Notes: a model not told the origin generated them from the sequence alone. A stretch of 64,000 nucleotides of DNA from Nitrospirota bacterium (GCA_963845065.1 CAWJQQ010000009.1:224001-288000); one strand, 5' to 3'. Positions 10,946 to 21,513 are shown, numbered from the stretch's first letter. A program made the numbers and translations.

Positions 10946-11140
10946 CTACTTCTTAGCAGCCAGAGACTTCTGTGCTGCTTGCTTGCCCTGAGCTGATATG
11001 GTTACAGTATCATTTTTTGGCTGTGGGGCTGCTTTCTTATAAACTTGTTTATGGGAAGCTATTTGCTGAGGCCGAACAGCTGGTACACCAGAAATAACAC
11101 TCGAAATTGCATTGGTATCTGCCATGATTATTCCCCCCAT
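10946..11140 (-). CDS. small hypothetical protein with FlgM-like DTVTIS motif
   Basis: Low-complexity Q/A/K sequence containing NDTVTISAQGKQAA. The true start is probably the second Met (11125), after GGGGGA. Confidence 0.6.
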   Translation of the reverse strand: MGGIIMADTNAISSVISGVPAVRPQQIASHKQVYKKAAPQPKNDTVTISAQGKQAAQKSLAAKK

Positions 11141-11209
11141 TTTTTAGGAAGCTTACTATTCCTCGCTATCTTATGGGCAACTTTTGCTGAAGCAATTATG
11201 AACCTCCTT

Positions 11210-11683
11210 CTAACCAGACTGAGTGTGAATCTTGACCTTTTGTTTTTCCGAATCGTTCCCAGAAGCTGCTTCCTCTGGGCTGGAAGGCTGCTGTGATTTT
11301 GATTGACTATTTTGAAGTGCCGTCTGTGCGGCTTGCGTTGTTACGGTTACTGCCCCAAGATACGCTTCTACCGTTTGGGTATCCAAATTCATGATGACTG
11401 CAATCACAGATATTGGGTTTCCCTTGTCGCTTAACATCCTTGCTTTCGCCGCTCCTGAAATTTGAACGGTGTCTGCTTTCTGCTGATTTTGTTGAGCTTT
11501 CATAGTTTTTGTGATTTGAGAAGCAGGCTGACCAAGTGTGGATTGAATTCCTGAGGCTTGTGCAGACGTATTCAATGTCGTAGTTTCTGCGGTTTGTGAA
11601 TCTGCTTGAGCAATCTTAGGCTGTATTACAGTAACTTGCATAGCCTGTATAGACGAATTCACACCTGTAATAGAGGTTGCCAT
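11210..11683 (-). CDS. Q/T/S-rich hypothetical protein with DTVQIS motif and HTH-like segment
   Basis: 157 aa directly downstream of a perfect sigma28 promoter. Confidence 0.7.
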   Translation of the reverse strand: MATSITGVNSSIQAMQVTVIQPKIAQADSQTAETTTLNTSAQASGIQSTLGQPASQITKTMKAQQNQQKADTVQISGAAKARMLSDKGNPISVIAVIMNLDTQTVEAYLGAVTVTTQAAQTALQNSQSKSQQPSSPEEAASGNDSEKQKVKIHTQSG

Positions 11684-11727
11684 GTTTTTTTATCTATTCT
11701 CCAACTGCATAAACTCGTCCAATTCTC

Positions 11728-11755
11728 TTATCGGCAACTCTGGTTAAAACTTTAG
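11728..11755 (-). promoter_or_regulatory. sigma28 (FliA) promoter
   Basis: Minus strand CTAAAG...GCCGATAA gives TAAA-N15-GCCGATAA, the exact consensus. Confidence 0.85.
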
Positions 11756-11829
11756 GGTAATTTTGATAAGTTATTTCGTAGACGGTGATTATACAGTCAG
11801 GGATTCCAATAAGCCGTGGACTTGAATAA

Positions 11830-12196
11830 GTAGTGGATACCACCATCATCACTCATATCCCAAATTGTTCTCTGCCAATTTCTGATTGCTCCCCGGTCTT
11901 CGCATTGGGCACTTCTAAACAATTTCATCCATCTCCGGGTGTGCATAACCAACGATTTCTTCCAAACACGGCTTCCGGTTTGGTCTCCGTCTGCAAGATA
12001 CCCGATATTCTGCTGGATATTCTGCTTCAGGATATGATGCCACGACAATGATTGCCGGAATGTATCCCCCCAACTTCCGAGCTTGTGGTAGTTCAGTTAT
12101 CATTTCTCCCTTTTCATTCAGAAAATGGGTGATATCAGTAACCAAGTGTCTGTCATTTCCCCTTTCTGCTTTGCTTGATATTCTTGTTGCCGGCAC
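11830..12196 (-). pseudogene. Zn-finger-like hypothetical protein pseudogene
   Basis: CRRRPNRKPC...DEIV* then KCP/CEDRGAIRNWQRTIWD continues in another frame: a nonsense codon plus a frameshift. Confidence 0.6.
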
Positions 12197-12368
12197 TACC
12201 AGCCTATTGTTGGACTTCCTATTTCAACAATTTTCTGAACCGTAGAATGTACCAGTTCCACGAGCCTGGAGGGACGGACAAGATTATCGGCTTATTGAGA
12301 TTAGGTGGATTAAACAGCATAATTATTCTTTGAGGGAAGTGGATTGATTTTACACAGAGGGGGTCAGT

Positions 12369-13097
12369 TCACTCAACTATGCGGAGCGCGCAGAGAACAT
12401 ACAAAGCTTTAAGAGCATTGTAGTCACCCAATCCAGATAATAAGCAAATATCTGCAATGTTCTTTTTCCCATCTACAAGCGATAACACGGCATGTTGATC
12501 CGGGTCCAGCTTTACATCATGAAATAATGACGAGGTATTGTCGATTTGACGAAGCACTGTTTTAATAGCAGGGAATGACCGCCGCGCCATCTCCCACTCG
12601 ACTTTTCGTATACCATCTACAATCAAATTGACGGTGCCAATCTTAATCGAGATAATGTCGGGAAGTTTGCCTTCATCAAAAATAAAGCACCCACCATACC
12701 AGCTGAAAACGCTTATTGTAATTTGTTTGATCTGATGGCTTATCGCCGTCACCAGCTGCCGAGACGTTATGATTTCTCTTTCTATTAATACCGCTCCAAG
12801 TTTTTTGCCGGCCGCCAAAGCCGCCTTTAGAGATAGATCTCTTTGCTCGTGCGTTATGGCGCCGATACGGATCATACATTCACCCAACCGGTCGTCTGCA
12901 ACGTTAGACGCTGCGAAAACGATTTCCCCCGCAGATACATATACTTTTTTTACTGCTGTGCCAAATCCGAATATAGCTGTTCCGGTCTTTTTCCCGGCCA
13001 TTAAGTCTTGGAAAAGCCATGGTACAACCATATTCTTTATCATTCCAGTCGTTACAGTCATATTTTCGTTGCGGCGGCCTGCGGTTTTGACATTCAT
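12369..13097 (-). CDS. DUF4388 (PATAN-like) domain protein
   Basis: L...KKTG....KKVY...GEIVFA.SN...DRLGE, KKLG.VL and F.W..G.F.F.EG motifs. Confidence 0.8.
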   Translation of the reverse strand: MNVKTAGRRNENMTVTTGMIKNMVVPWLFQDLMAGKKTGTAIFGFGTAVKKVYVSAGEIVFAASNVADDRLGECMIRIGAITHEQRDLSLKAALAAGKKLGAVLIEREIITSRQLVTAISHQIKQITISVFSWYGGCFIFDEGKLPDIISIKIGTVNLIVDGIRKVEWEMARRSFPAIKTVLRQIDNTSSLFHDVKLDPDQHAVLSLVDGKKNIADICLLSGLGDYNALKALYVLCALRIVE

Positions 13098-13268
13098 CGT
13101 TTCAGTTTACAACATATACAGTCATGCACCGGTATGCGTTAAAAAACTGCGTGAACTACTGCTTATAACTTAATGATTGCAATTCTTTCTCTCAGCAACT
13201 AGAAACTGATGCCAGCGCAGAACGCGCATTATATGCATCCTAAACCATTGGCCATCAGACAGAGTACC

Positions 13269-16211
13269 TTACACATTGACCATCTTGCTTAGCACTTTTC
13301 TAAGGGCGACAACATCATAGGGTTTCTTCAAACACGCCTTGAATCCCTGCGACATATAATTCGCTATTGTCATATCATCGGAGTATCCACTCGACACGAC
13401 CGCCTTAACGTTGGAATCCATTTTGAGTAACTGCTGAACCGTTTCTACGCCACCCATCCCACCCCGTATAGTGATGTCCAGGATAACGATGTCAAATGGA
13501 CGTCCCGCTCCAATCGCTCCTCGATACTTTTCAAGGACTTCCTCGCCGTGTTTTGCAACCTCAACCTCATGGCCCAGCACACCAAGCAGCTCGCTGCTGA
13601 GATTCCTGATGACCTCCTCATCGTCCATCACGAGGACCCTCGCTTTGCCCGATGGCGAAAGCTCTTGCTTCTTTTCCTCTGATTCTAACCGGACCTGTCC
13701 AACGATCGCGGGCAGATAAATCATAAACGTGGTTCCTTCGCCGTATTTGATCATAACATCGATGATACCACCGTGATTTTTTACGATCGTGTAGGATGTT
13801 GCCAGCCCCAGCCCGCTGCCCTTTTCCTTTGTCGTGAAATAGGGGTCAAAGATCTTGCTCAGATACTGTTCCGGAATACCGACGCCGGTATCATGGATCG
13901 CTATCACAATATAGTCCCCCTTTGCAAGTCCAGGCCGCAGCGATGCGTCGCCCTTTGCCATGTTCGCTGCCGTGACTCTGACAGTGCCGCCGACCGGCAT
14001 GGCCTGATCCGCGTTCAGCACGATATTCTGGACCACTTGGCCGATCTGTCCTTCATCAGCTTCAACCTGCCACAGGTCTGCCGCAATGTTCAGGCGGAGA
14101 TCGGAACGGGAGCCGCTCAACATAAAGTTTGCTGAGTTCTCGATGATCGGCCCGAGGTCGATCTTTTTCTTGAACGGCTTGCCACCCTTGGAAAAGGTCA
14201 AAAGCTGAGTCGTTAGATTAACCGTCTGATGAAGGGCTTTCTCGGCTTGCTCTAGGGCTGCTGCGCTTTTTTCCTTGTTATTCGCCGTTATTTTCGCCAG
14301 GGAGATATAGCCGAACACGCCCTGAAGAAGGTTGTTAAAGTCATGGGCGATGCCACCGGCCAGCGTGCCGATGGATTCAAGCTTTTGAGACTTCATAGAC
14401 TGTTCCCCCAGCTTTTTCCGTTCAGTGATGTCGGTGGACATCCCGCACACGGCGTAAGGTTTTTTATTGCTGTCGTATAGGGGAAATTTGAGGGAAATGT
14501 AATAGTGCATGCCATCATCCTGAGGCACGGCCTCTTCGGCTTCAATCGGCATGCCGGCCTTTATTGTCTGAAGGTCGACATCACGAAATGCGTCAGCCAC
14601 TATCCGGGGGAAAATGTCATAGTCCGTTTTACCAAGGATTTCGGAATTCGAAACATGAAATAGCTTTTCATATAGTGCGTTGATGAAAATATATTTCCCT
14701 TCGAGGTCCTTCGCAGAAATGACCGCAGAGGAACTGTCCATGATCCTCTGTAATGTTTCCTTGCTTTGCCGCAGCGCCTCCACTGCCTGTTTGCGCTCGG
14801 TAATATCACTGACAAGATTCAAGTTGGCAGGCTTGTTATCCCAGGTGATTATTGCGCCTTTTGTTTCCAGCCATCGAATGGCTCCATCCTTTCGAACAAT
14901 CCGAAAACTATAGACCTCCTCGGGATCTATTTCTCCCTTCATTCTTTTAATGTGGTGTTCAAGGACTAGTGGCCGGTCATCGGGGTCAACAAATTCCACG
15001 AACGGTCTTGCTGTCAACTCCTCATAGGTGTAGCCGCTCAAGTGGATCATTTGGGGGTTCACATATAACAGCATTCCCTCCCTGGCGACTAGAATGCCTT
15101 CGTATGCGTTATCCACTAACAGCCGAAATTTTGCTTCAGATACCTGGAGGGCTTCCTCGACCTGCCTGCGCTGGGTGATGTCATATGCCGCATAAACGAT
15201 CCCAACCGGCGAATTGTCCAATGAATTTGTGATCGTGGATACGGAGACGATGACGTTGAATCGTTGCCCGCTCCTGCTGTGCCATGCCGTCTCATGAGAA
15301 GAGGATTTCCCGCTCAAAAGAGCGGCGGTGTTGAATTCTGCCAGCGCGGGAAGAATTGACCCTATATCCCTATCGAGGAGTTCTGACTTTTGATAACCAA
15401 GCATCTCTTCGGTTACTTGGCTGGTCACCCTGATCTTGCCCTTGAGGTCAATAACGATCACAGCACTCTGCATGGTCTCCAGAATTCGGTCCGCGGCCAG
15501 CTCAGGTGTGATGTCCGTGAAACGGTATCGCATGATGATGTAGGCGCTCACTAGAATAAAGAAGCCTACGGGGAGATAACCGAATGGATAGACGTGAAGG
15601 CCTAAGCACGGAAGAAAGTCAACTGCGCCCAGATAACCGACGTTGAAGGCGATAAGCAGCCCTTTCAATCTTTTTTTCTGTTGCACTGTTGAGCTTTGCC
15701 GGTATTCCAGCCAGTAAAGATGGAGGACAAAAACCATGATACTGAAAAAAAACGTCATGAATACAATACCCAGAGGTCCATACTGAACATTCCTGCCCCA
15801 GAAGAACTGGGCGCTCCCCTTGACGTGCAGATCAGTGAAAAAGGCTCCGAACGTAATTAACGTCGATAGAACGAAGCTGGATGCGACGGCGAAACGATAC
15901 CGATGGCGCAGGTTGAGACGGTCTACGGTCGAGAGAAGTATGGTGGTGGGGATGAAGTCAGCTCCCAGTTGAGAGATCCTGATCCAGAGTAGTGACATAC
16001 CTTCGCCGCGGCTTGCAAAGTTTGCTCCAGTGGCGAAGTAATAAAAACCGATACTCAGGCACATAAAAAGGAAAGAGGATCCAATGCGTGAGCCGTGCTC
16101 TCCGATGAGAATGAATAGTCCAAGGAGAATAATGGCTGTTCCGACAATGAACATGGGGAGTGCGTAGCCATTAAAAAAATAGTTTTCCGGATTCAGTATC
16201 TGAAGGATCAT
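13269..16211 (-). CDS. hybrid sensor kinase 7TM(HisKA_7TM)-PASx3-HisKA-HATPase-REC
   Basis: N-terminal 7 hydrophobic helices, three PAS/PAC (DITQR, DITER), H-box AHDFNN and a receiver domain. Confidence 0.95.
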   Translation of the reverse strand: MILQILNPENYFFNGYALPMFIVGTAIILLGLFILIGEHGSRIGSSFLFMCLSIGFYYFATGANFASRGEGMSLLWIRISQLGADFIPTTILLSTVDRLNLRHRYRFAVASSFVLSTLITFGAFFTDLHVKGSAQFFWGRNVQYGPLGIVFMTFFFSIMVFVLHLYWLEYRQSSTVQQKKRLKGLLIAFNVGYLGAVDFLPCLGLHVYPFGYLPVGFFILVSAYIIMRYRFTDITPELAADRILETMQSAVIVIDLKGKIRVTSQVTEEMLGYQKSELLDRDIGSILPALAEFNTAALLSGKSSSHETAWHSRSGQRFNVIVSVSTITNSLDNSPVGIVYAAYDITQRRQVEEALQVSEAKFRLLVDNAYEGILVAREGMLLYVNPQMIHLSGYTYEELTARPFVEFVDPDDRPLVLEHHIKRMKGEIDPEEVYSFRIVRKDGAIRWLETKGAIITWDNKPANLNLVSDITERKQAVEALRQSKETLQRIMDSSSAVISAKDLEGKYIFINALYEKLFHVSNSEILGKTDYDIFPRIVADAFRDVDLQTIKAGMPIEAEEAVPQDDGMHYYISLKFPLYDSNKKPYAVCGMSTDITERKKLGEQSMKSQKLESIGTLAGGIAHDFNNLLQGVFGYISLAKITANNKEKSAAALEQAEKALHQTVNLTTQLLTFSKGGKPFKKKIDLGPIIENSANFMLSGSRSDLRLNIAADLWQVEADEGQIGQVVQNIVLNADQAMPVGGTVRVTAANMAKGDASLRPGLAKGDYIVIAIHDTGVGIPEQYLSKIFDPYFTTKEKGSGLGLATSYTIVKNHGGIIDVMIKYGEGTTFMIYLPAIVGQVRLESEEKKQELSPSGKARVLVMDDEEVIRNLSSELLGVLGHEVEVAKHGEEVLEKYRGAIGAGRPFDIVILDITIRGGMGGVETVQQLLKMDSNVKAVVSSGYSDDMTIANYMSQGFKACLKKPYDVVALRKVLSKMVNV

Positions 16212-17027
16212 AGACTCTCCAAAGAAACTTGTATACGAGCATCCTTAAAAGACTGCACATTTAGATCCGGAAAGTTGGCGGTATCCATGCTAGTTTCCTC
16301 TTCGCTACATCGACGTCTGCCAGTTGTTTGAAGCTATTCAGATATAACGTTGGCTAAAAAGAGATAGTGCAGATATGATAATTAGCACTACTATGAGGGT
16401 TCCAGTTGTGCCATAGCGTTTTCTTGATAAAATTAAAATCACAGATCAGTTCTCATGGTGATTACAAAAGTGACGAAAGATTTATTGGTCAGCCGGACTC
16501 TTCCAGGACTACTATAAATCTTATCGTCACGATCTTGTTCAACTTTAGTGGTCAATTTAGTTTCTTAAAGGTTTTTATGAGAATTAAGCCGTAGAATATG
16601 AGTTGAAACTTCAAGTATTTCAAAGAATTGCAACTTCACTTCCTCAGAAGAGGATGTAACTATTAACGGAAAACTATATCGCAAAAAGCAATGTTACAAT
16701 TAATCTGTGAATGGCACTATGGTTTGCTACATGAAGAGTTAATCCCCCTTGGCGAGGACTCATCGGAATGATGGAATTTAAGCGACTCATATTAGGGGAT
16801 CTATCTGTCCCAAGAAAATAGTACTTGATGTTTGATATATTCGAAATACTGTCCGAGCAGGTGGAAATCGATGACCAAACTAATTTGGGACTAGTGTCGG
16901 AGACTGTCAGGATAGGAACTGCCTTGTTCGAAACCCAAACCAATAGCTTTCTCTTGGGTTGTGGGATGGAATAAACAACAGCTTCAAGAAGAACCTGGTA
17001 AGCTTTTAAATTATGAATTCAACAAAA

Positions 17028-18598
17028 TCAGGGAGTCACGAGCCCATCCATTTGCACGACTTCGAAGTTAGAACCTGTCACGCTGCCCAACTCGCTAACC
17101 AGTTCATCGTTATTCCATCGGGGATCTGGAGCGCCGGTGATGAACCAATTGGAGCCGTTATCGGCTACGAACATGCCATAGGTCTTTAGTGCCTGCAGAA
17201 TTGCCTTGACCTCGGTGCTGAATCCGCTCGGAATTACAAACGTGGATTTCAGCCGTACGCGCATGCCCATGGGAGGTAGATTCGGGTTCGTGTTGCTGGA
17301 AGCCCAATGCGTGGCTGGCGGCACGTAAGCTTCTCGGGTCGTGTTAACCGTGAAACGGAAGGCATGGTTTATCACTCCGCTTGCAGCTTCCTCATAACGG
17401 ACAAGGCCCGGGAAGATCGGCAGACCAGCTGCGTCGGTGCTGGTCCAGCCCGGCTGTGCGGTGGGGCGTACATTGTTTGAATCCAGATGAAACACTGCCC
17501 CGCAGCTGGCCGTCCAGGTCCCATCGCTCTGTGGGTAGGCGTTGGCCATTTCATACAAAATATTTGAATCACGATCAATGACTAGAACATGGCGGTCGCC
17601 ACCGAAGGCCGAGCCATCAGCCTGCTGGCCTTCGATAGGTGCGTTCATCGGCACAGGATATGGACCGGGATCGCTCTCATCCGCATATAACGTGAATAAT
17701 ATGGCCACCATAGGTTGGCTATCTGAAACAATGACGTAGGGGATACCGATTGGGGCGCCTGACCACAACCCTGATCCGAATTCTGGATGGAGCCCCGTCC
17801 CAAGACCGATGCTGCTGATAAGAGCATTCGAATTGGTATCCACCGGTGCGGAAGAAATATCGGTGTTCCAAGCATTGCTCGCAGGGAATGGAATGGCGCC
17901 ATTCAAGTTGGCCCCAGCACCAAGATCCGCACCACTCATGTTGCCATAGGTCAATGCTAGAGTGCCCACCGTGACTGTTACCGATGATGCAGCGCTGCCG
18001 GTGCTGTTCGTAGCCACCAGGGTGTAGGTGGTTGTGGTTGTAGGACTGATGTTCGTACCGCTGCCTGTGGTTGTTATACCATTCAACGTGAAACTGCCAG
18101 CATTTAACACGACCCAGGCCAATTGGCTGGATTGTCCTGGTGTAATGACTGAGGGAGAGGCAGTAAAGGCTGAGATTACAGGCGCTGTCTGGGCCGCGGG
18201 CACTTCTCCAACTGCCGATGGCACTGCTGATACCGGTGGACTAGACGCTGCGCTCTCGCCTGCGCCGTTGACGGCAGTGACGATGAAATAATACATCATA
18301 CTGTTAGTAAGTCGTGAAACAAGATCAGAAGTCGTTGCTGTTGATGTTGAAGCCAAACCTGCGTAATTTGTTGTAGATACAGCGGCAGACGTCGAATAGT
18401 AGACATTATACGACGTTGCGTCGGTGGAGTCCGTCCAACTTACGGTCACCTGCGAATTTCCGGCAGTGGCTTGGACTCCTGTAGGCGTTGCAGGTGCACT
18501 GGTCGGCGTACTATTCGTGCTGTTCCCCCCCCACTGCAGGCTGTAATGACCCCGCTGAGCAGAACCGTGAACAATATTATGGCAATCAAACGGTTCAT
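17028..18598 (-). pseudogene. FN3/Ig-domain surface lipoprotein, frameshifted at a G8 tract
   Basis: MNRLIAIILFTVLLSGVITAC lipobox, then G8 at 18525-18532. One extra G fuses it in frame (NSTNSTPTSAPATPTGVQATAGNSQVTVSW) with ORF 17028-18449. Confidence 0.8.
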
Positions 18599-18766
18599 TG
18601 CCCTACCTCCTTTAGCCATCAGCAAATAAATGCTTTGCTGGTTACTTGGCGCATAAGTCTTTGCTTCAAAGCTAAATTGTACAGCGCAATAAGACGCTAT
18701 CGTGATACCACTCTTATCCAAAATAAGTTTTTAAAAAAAATTAGGCCTGAGTAATATAGTCGTTAC

Positions 18767-20430
18767 CAAACTATCCGCAGAAAGCCCCTGGTTTTAACCA
18801 TGGGGATGAATGCGGGAACTTTGTTTTCCGGCAATTAGTAGACAAATGTACATCTATGTGGTATATTTAAACAACCAATGCCGAATAAACCTAAAAGCCC
18901 ATCTTGTATCCACGAGTTTCAACTCGTAGTGACTCCAAAGGGCAATCGAATGCTCGATGCCCGGCTCGAAGCTGGCCGTTATCTGTACAATGCCTGCCTT
19001 GGTGAAGCGATGAAGCGTCTTACTGCCATGCGGCGATCAGAAAAATGGCTCGTGGCGATCACGAAGAAGAAAAGCAAGCTTCGCACCAAGATGTTTAAGA
19101 CAGCCAGAACCCAGGCTGAATATACTGAATACCACCTTCATAACTACGTCGGTATCCTCCGCAATTCCTGCTGGATCAGTGAGCATATTGACAGCCTGAC
19201 CGCCCAGAAGATAGCATCTCGAGCATATAGCGCCGTCGCTGACTACGAGTTTGGGAAGCATGGCAAACCACGTTTCAAGCGCCATGGCTGGATGTCGTCC
19301 CTTGAAGGTAAAAACAACAAATCTGGTATTCGGTGGTGCGATGACCATGTGGAGTGGACCGGCCTTCGTCTCAACTGTGTCTTCGACAAGAAAGACAAGT
19401 TTGGCGTTCAGGCTCATGCACTTAGCCATGACATCAAGTACGTTCGTCTGGTCAAGAAAACTATCCGCGGCAATCCCCGCTGGTTTGCCCAACTTGTGCT
19501 TAAAGGCACGGCCAAGATCAAGCGTGAGAACCAGATTGGCACCGAAACCGTTGGCCTTGACATTGGCCCGTCGACAGTTGCCATCGTTGGTGATACCGAT
19601 GCGTTACTACTCGAATTCTGCCCCGAAGTCGAGATACCGTTTAAACGTATCAAGACCGTCCAGCGCACAATGGCCAGAAGCCTTCGTGCTACCAACCCGG
19701 GCAACTACAACGGAGACAAAACCATCAAAACGGGTAAAAAGCAGTGGGTCTTTTCTGCTCAATACCGTATTCTTAAAGCTAAGCTCGCCGAACTTCAAAG
19801 AATCCTTGCTGAAACCAGAAAACGGTCTCATGGCAAGCTCGTGAACAAAGTCCTCACTCTCGGTACCGACATCAAAACCGAGAAACTGTCGTACAAAGCA
19901 TTTCAGAAACTCTATGGTAAAAGTATTTCGCGACGAGCTCCGGGGATGTTTATGTCGATGCTTCACCACAAAGCCGAAAACGCTGGCGGTAAAGTAACCG
20001 AGTTTTCTACCCGGAGCACAAAGCTTTCCCAGACATGCCATTGCGGAACAGTAGCCAAAAAATCATTGTCCCAAAGATGGCATGCCTGCAACTGCGGGGT
20101 AAGCACCCAGCGTGATCTCTATTCCGCATTCCTTGCAAAGTATGTTTCTAACGATGTCCTCGACACGCGTCAGGCTGCCAAAGCCTGGCCGGGTGCAAAC
20201 CTGCTCCTGGAACGGGCGGTGTTGGGGGTGCAGCATGAAGCGGCAAAGGGTCGAATTCATCCAACCAGCTTCGGTATCAAGCAAGAGAACACCACGAACC
20301 GGCGACAGAGCTGCTCGTCCGTTAACGGCGGATCAACGACAGTCGAGGCCGACAACGTTTGTATTGTTGCCGGAGAGCCTGTCGGTACAGCCGCTAGAAC
20401 CCCCTGGCTTTAGACATGGGGAGTGGTCAG
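18767..20430 (+). mobile_element. IS200/IS605-family TnpB-only element, copy 1 (1664 bp)
   Basis: TTAC precedes the left end. LE hairpin AAAG-CCCCTGG..CCATGGGG; RE hairpin GAAC-CCCCTGG..CATGGGG..TCAG. Boundaries are defined by identity among three copies. Confidence 0.93.
18878..20413 (+). CDS. tnpB: TnpB RNA-guided endonuclease (511 aa)
   Basis: RuvC-I GLDIG, RuvC-II TEKL, Zn finger CHCG..CNCG, RuvC-III QRDLYSA. Confidence 0.92.
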   Translation: MPNKPKSPSCIHEFQLVVTPKGNRMLDARLEAGRYLYNACLGEAMKRLTAMRRSEKWLVAITKKKSKLRTKMFKTARTQAEYTEYHLHNYVGILRNSCWISEHIDSLTAQKIASRAYSAVADYEFGKHGKPRFKRHGWMSSLEGKNNKSGIRWCDDHVEWTGLRLNCVFDKKDKFGVQAHALSHDIKYVRLVKKTIRGNPRWFAQLVLKGTAKIKRENQIGTETVGLDIGPSTVAIVGDTDALLLEFCPEVEIPFKRIKTVQRTMARSLRATNPGNYNGDKTIKTGKKQWVFSAQYRILKAKLAELQRILAETRKRSHGKLVNKVLTLGTDIKTEKLSYKAFQKLYGKSISRRAPGMFMSMLHHKAENAGGKVTEFSTRSTKLSQTCHCGTVAKKSLSQRWHACNCGVSTQRDLYSAFLAKYVSNDVLDTRQAAKAWPGANLLLERAVLGVQHEAAKGRIHPTSFGIKQENTTNRRQSCSSVNGGSTTVEADNVCIVAGEPVGTAARTPWL

Positions 20431-20742
20431 CGCGTTAGTTGAAACTGCTGATGCTTCGTGCATAGGTGGTGTCAGTACCCTGAAAATATGCGTTAATTAT
20501 ATAGGAGTGTGGCTTTTTTATCAAGAAATTCGATGGTGTATATTTGGATGTTCAAAAAATTCAGAATGAAACTTGATTTGTTTCAAAGAAATGTAACGTC
20601 GACGAGTACGAAATGCAGCTATTGATAGTATTTGATGTTTGATATTTATTCGAAATACTGTCCGAGGCCGGTCGAAATCGCTGCCCGAATGATTAACCTT
20701 TGAGTAATGCGAGCATTTCTCGCGATAATTAAATCAGACGCA

Positions 20743-21513
20743 TCAGTCCCTTTTTAGAAACACTTTTGCAAGTAACGCCGTTGCGACGAACACATACTTA
20801 TCAGGTTTGAGCAAAGGACCAAGTAGCGCAGTCTGACCGGCCTTACTCAGCAGTCGTTCATCATATTGGGCGCCTTTGCATAGGCGGCGCAATTCCGCCA
20901 CGAGCTTCACGAAATTTACTGAGCGGGAAAGCCCACGCGCGGGCCCGAGAGACTCATAGACAACCCCGGTCTCATGGAAAGCAAGCGTCGGGATGTCCCC
21001 CCCATAGAGTGTCAAAAATCTCTCGCGCTCTTCTTTTGTTACCTCGTGCGTAATTTTTGTCGTCTTGGTCACTTTTAGGCCACCCGTAATAACGGCATTG
21101 CCCAAGCTCATTGTACGCTTGCTAATTGTTTCCATTGAAGTGCTGCTTAAAATCCCGATGCCATGAAGAATGAGATTAATGTCGCGATAGGCGATTGTAA
21201 GGCTCCTGCCATCATTTGTTTTGACAATGAGATCTTTCTCGCCAAAATCAAATTTTCTTACGAGCCACTGGTCCGCCTCTACCTTAATCTCGTCGTTGTT
21301 CAGAACCACTGCGGAGAAACCCATGGCCTTAAGATCACCAGCAAGTTTCTTTGCTTGCACCTCCTCCGCAAACACGCCTACGACAAGGGGTCCGCTTCCG
21401 GGAGCGCGCAGACGCGAATGCGCCTCAAAAACTGTAATATTAAGAACAGTTGCAAGTACTCCGGCCAGCTCCTGTTTGTTTTCCTTGACGTTGTATATCG
21501 CTAAGACATGCAT
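20743..21513 (-). CDS. hypothetical protein
   Basis: 256-aa ORF with GAAGG RBS; no motif recognised. Confidence 0.7.
   Translation of the reverse strand: MHVLAIYNVKENKQELAGVLATVLNITVFEAHSRLRAPGSGPLVVGVFAEEVQAKKLAGDLKAMGFSAVVLNNDEIKVEADQWLVRKFDFGEKDLIVKTNDGRSLTIAYRDINLILHGIGILSSTSMETISKRTMSLGNAVITGGLKVTKTTKITHEVTKEERERFLTLYGGDIPTLAFHETGVVYESLGPARGLSRSVNFVKLVAELRRLCKGAQYDERLLSKAGQTALLGPLLKPDKYVFVATALLAKVFLKRD

Noticed and set aside
18767..18877. IStron (group I intron + TnpB), suggested by the terminal G of TCAG
   Set aside because: Only ~110 nt lie between the left end and the tnpB start, holding the LE hairpin and a promoter. There is no room for a group I catalytic core.
19037..20438. Conserved overlapping and antisense ORFs inside tnpB (also in copies 2 and 3)
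   Set aside because: Conservation simply reflects near-identical DNA copies; there is no independent coding evidence.
18878..20700. Cas12-type CRISPR effector because the RuvC protein is >500 aa
   Set aside because: No repeat-spacer array or cas genes lie next to any copy; the flanks are typical IS605 ends.
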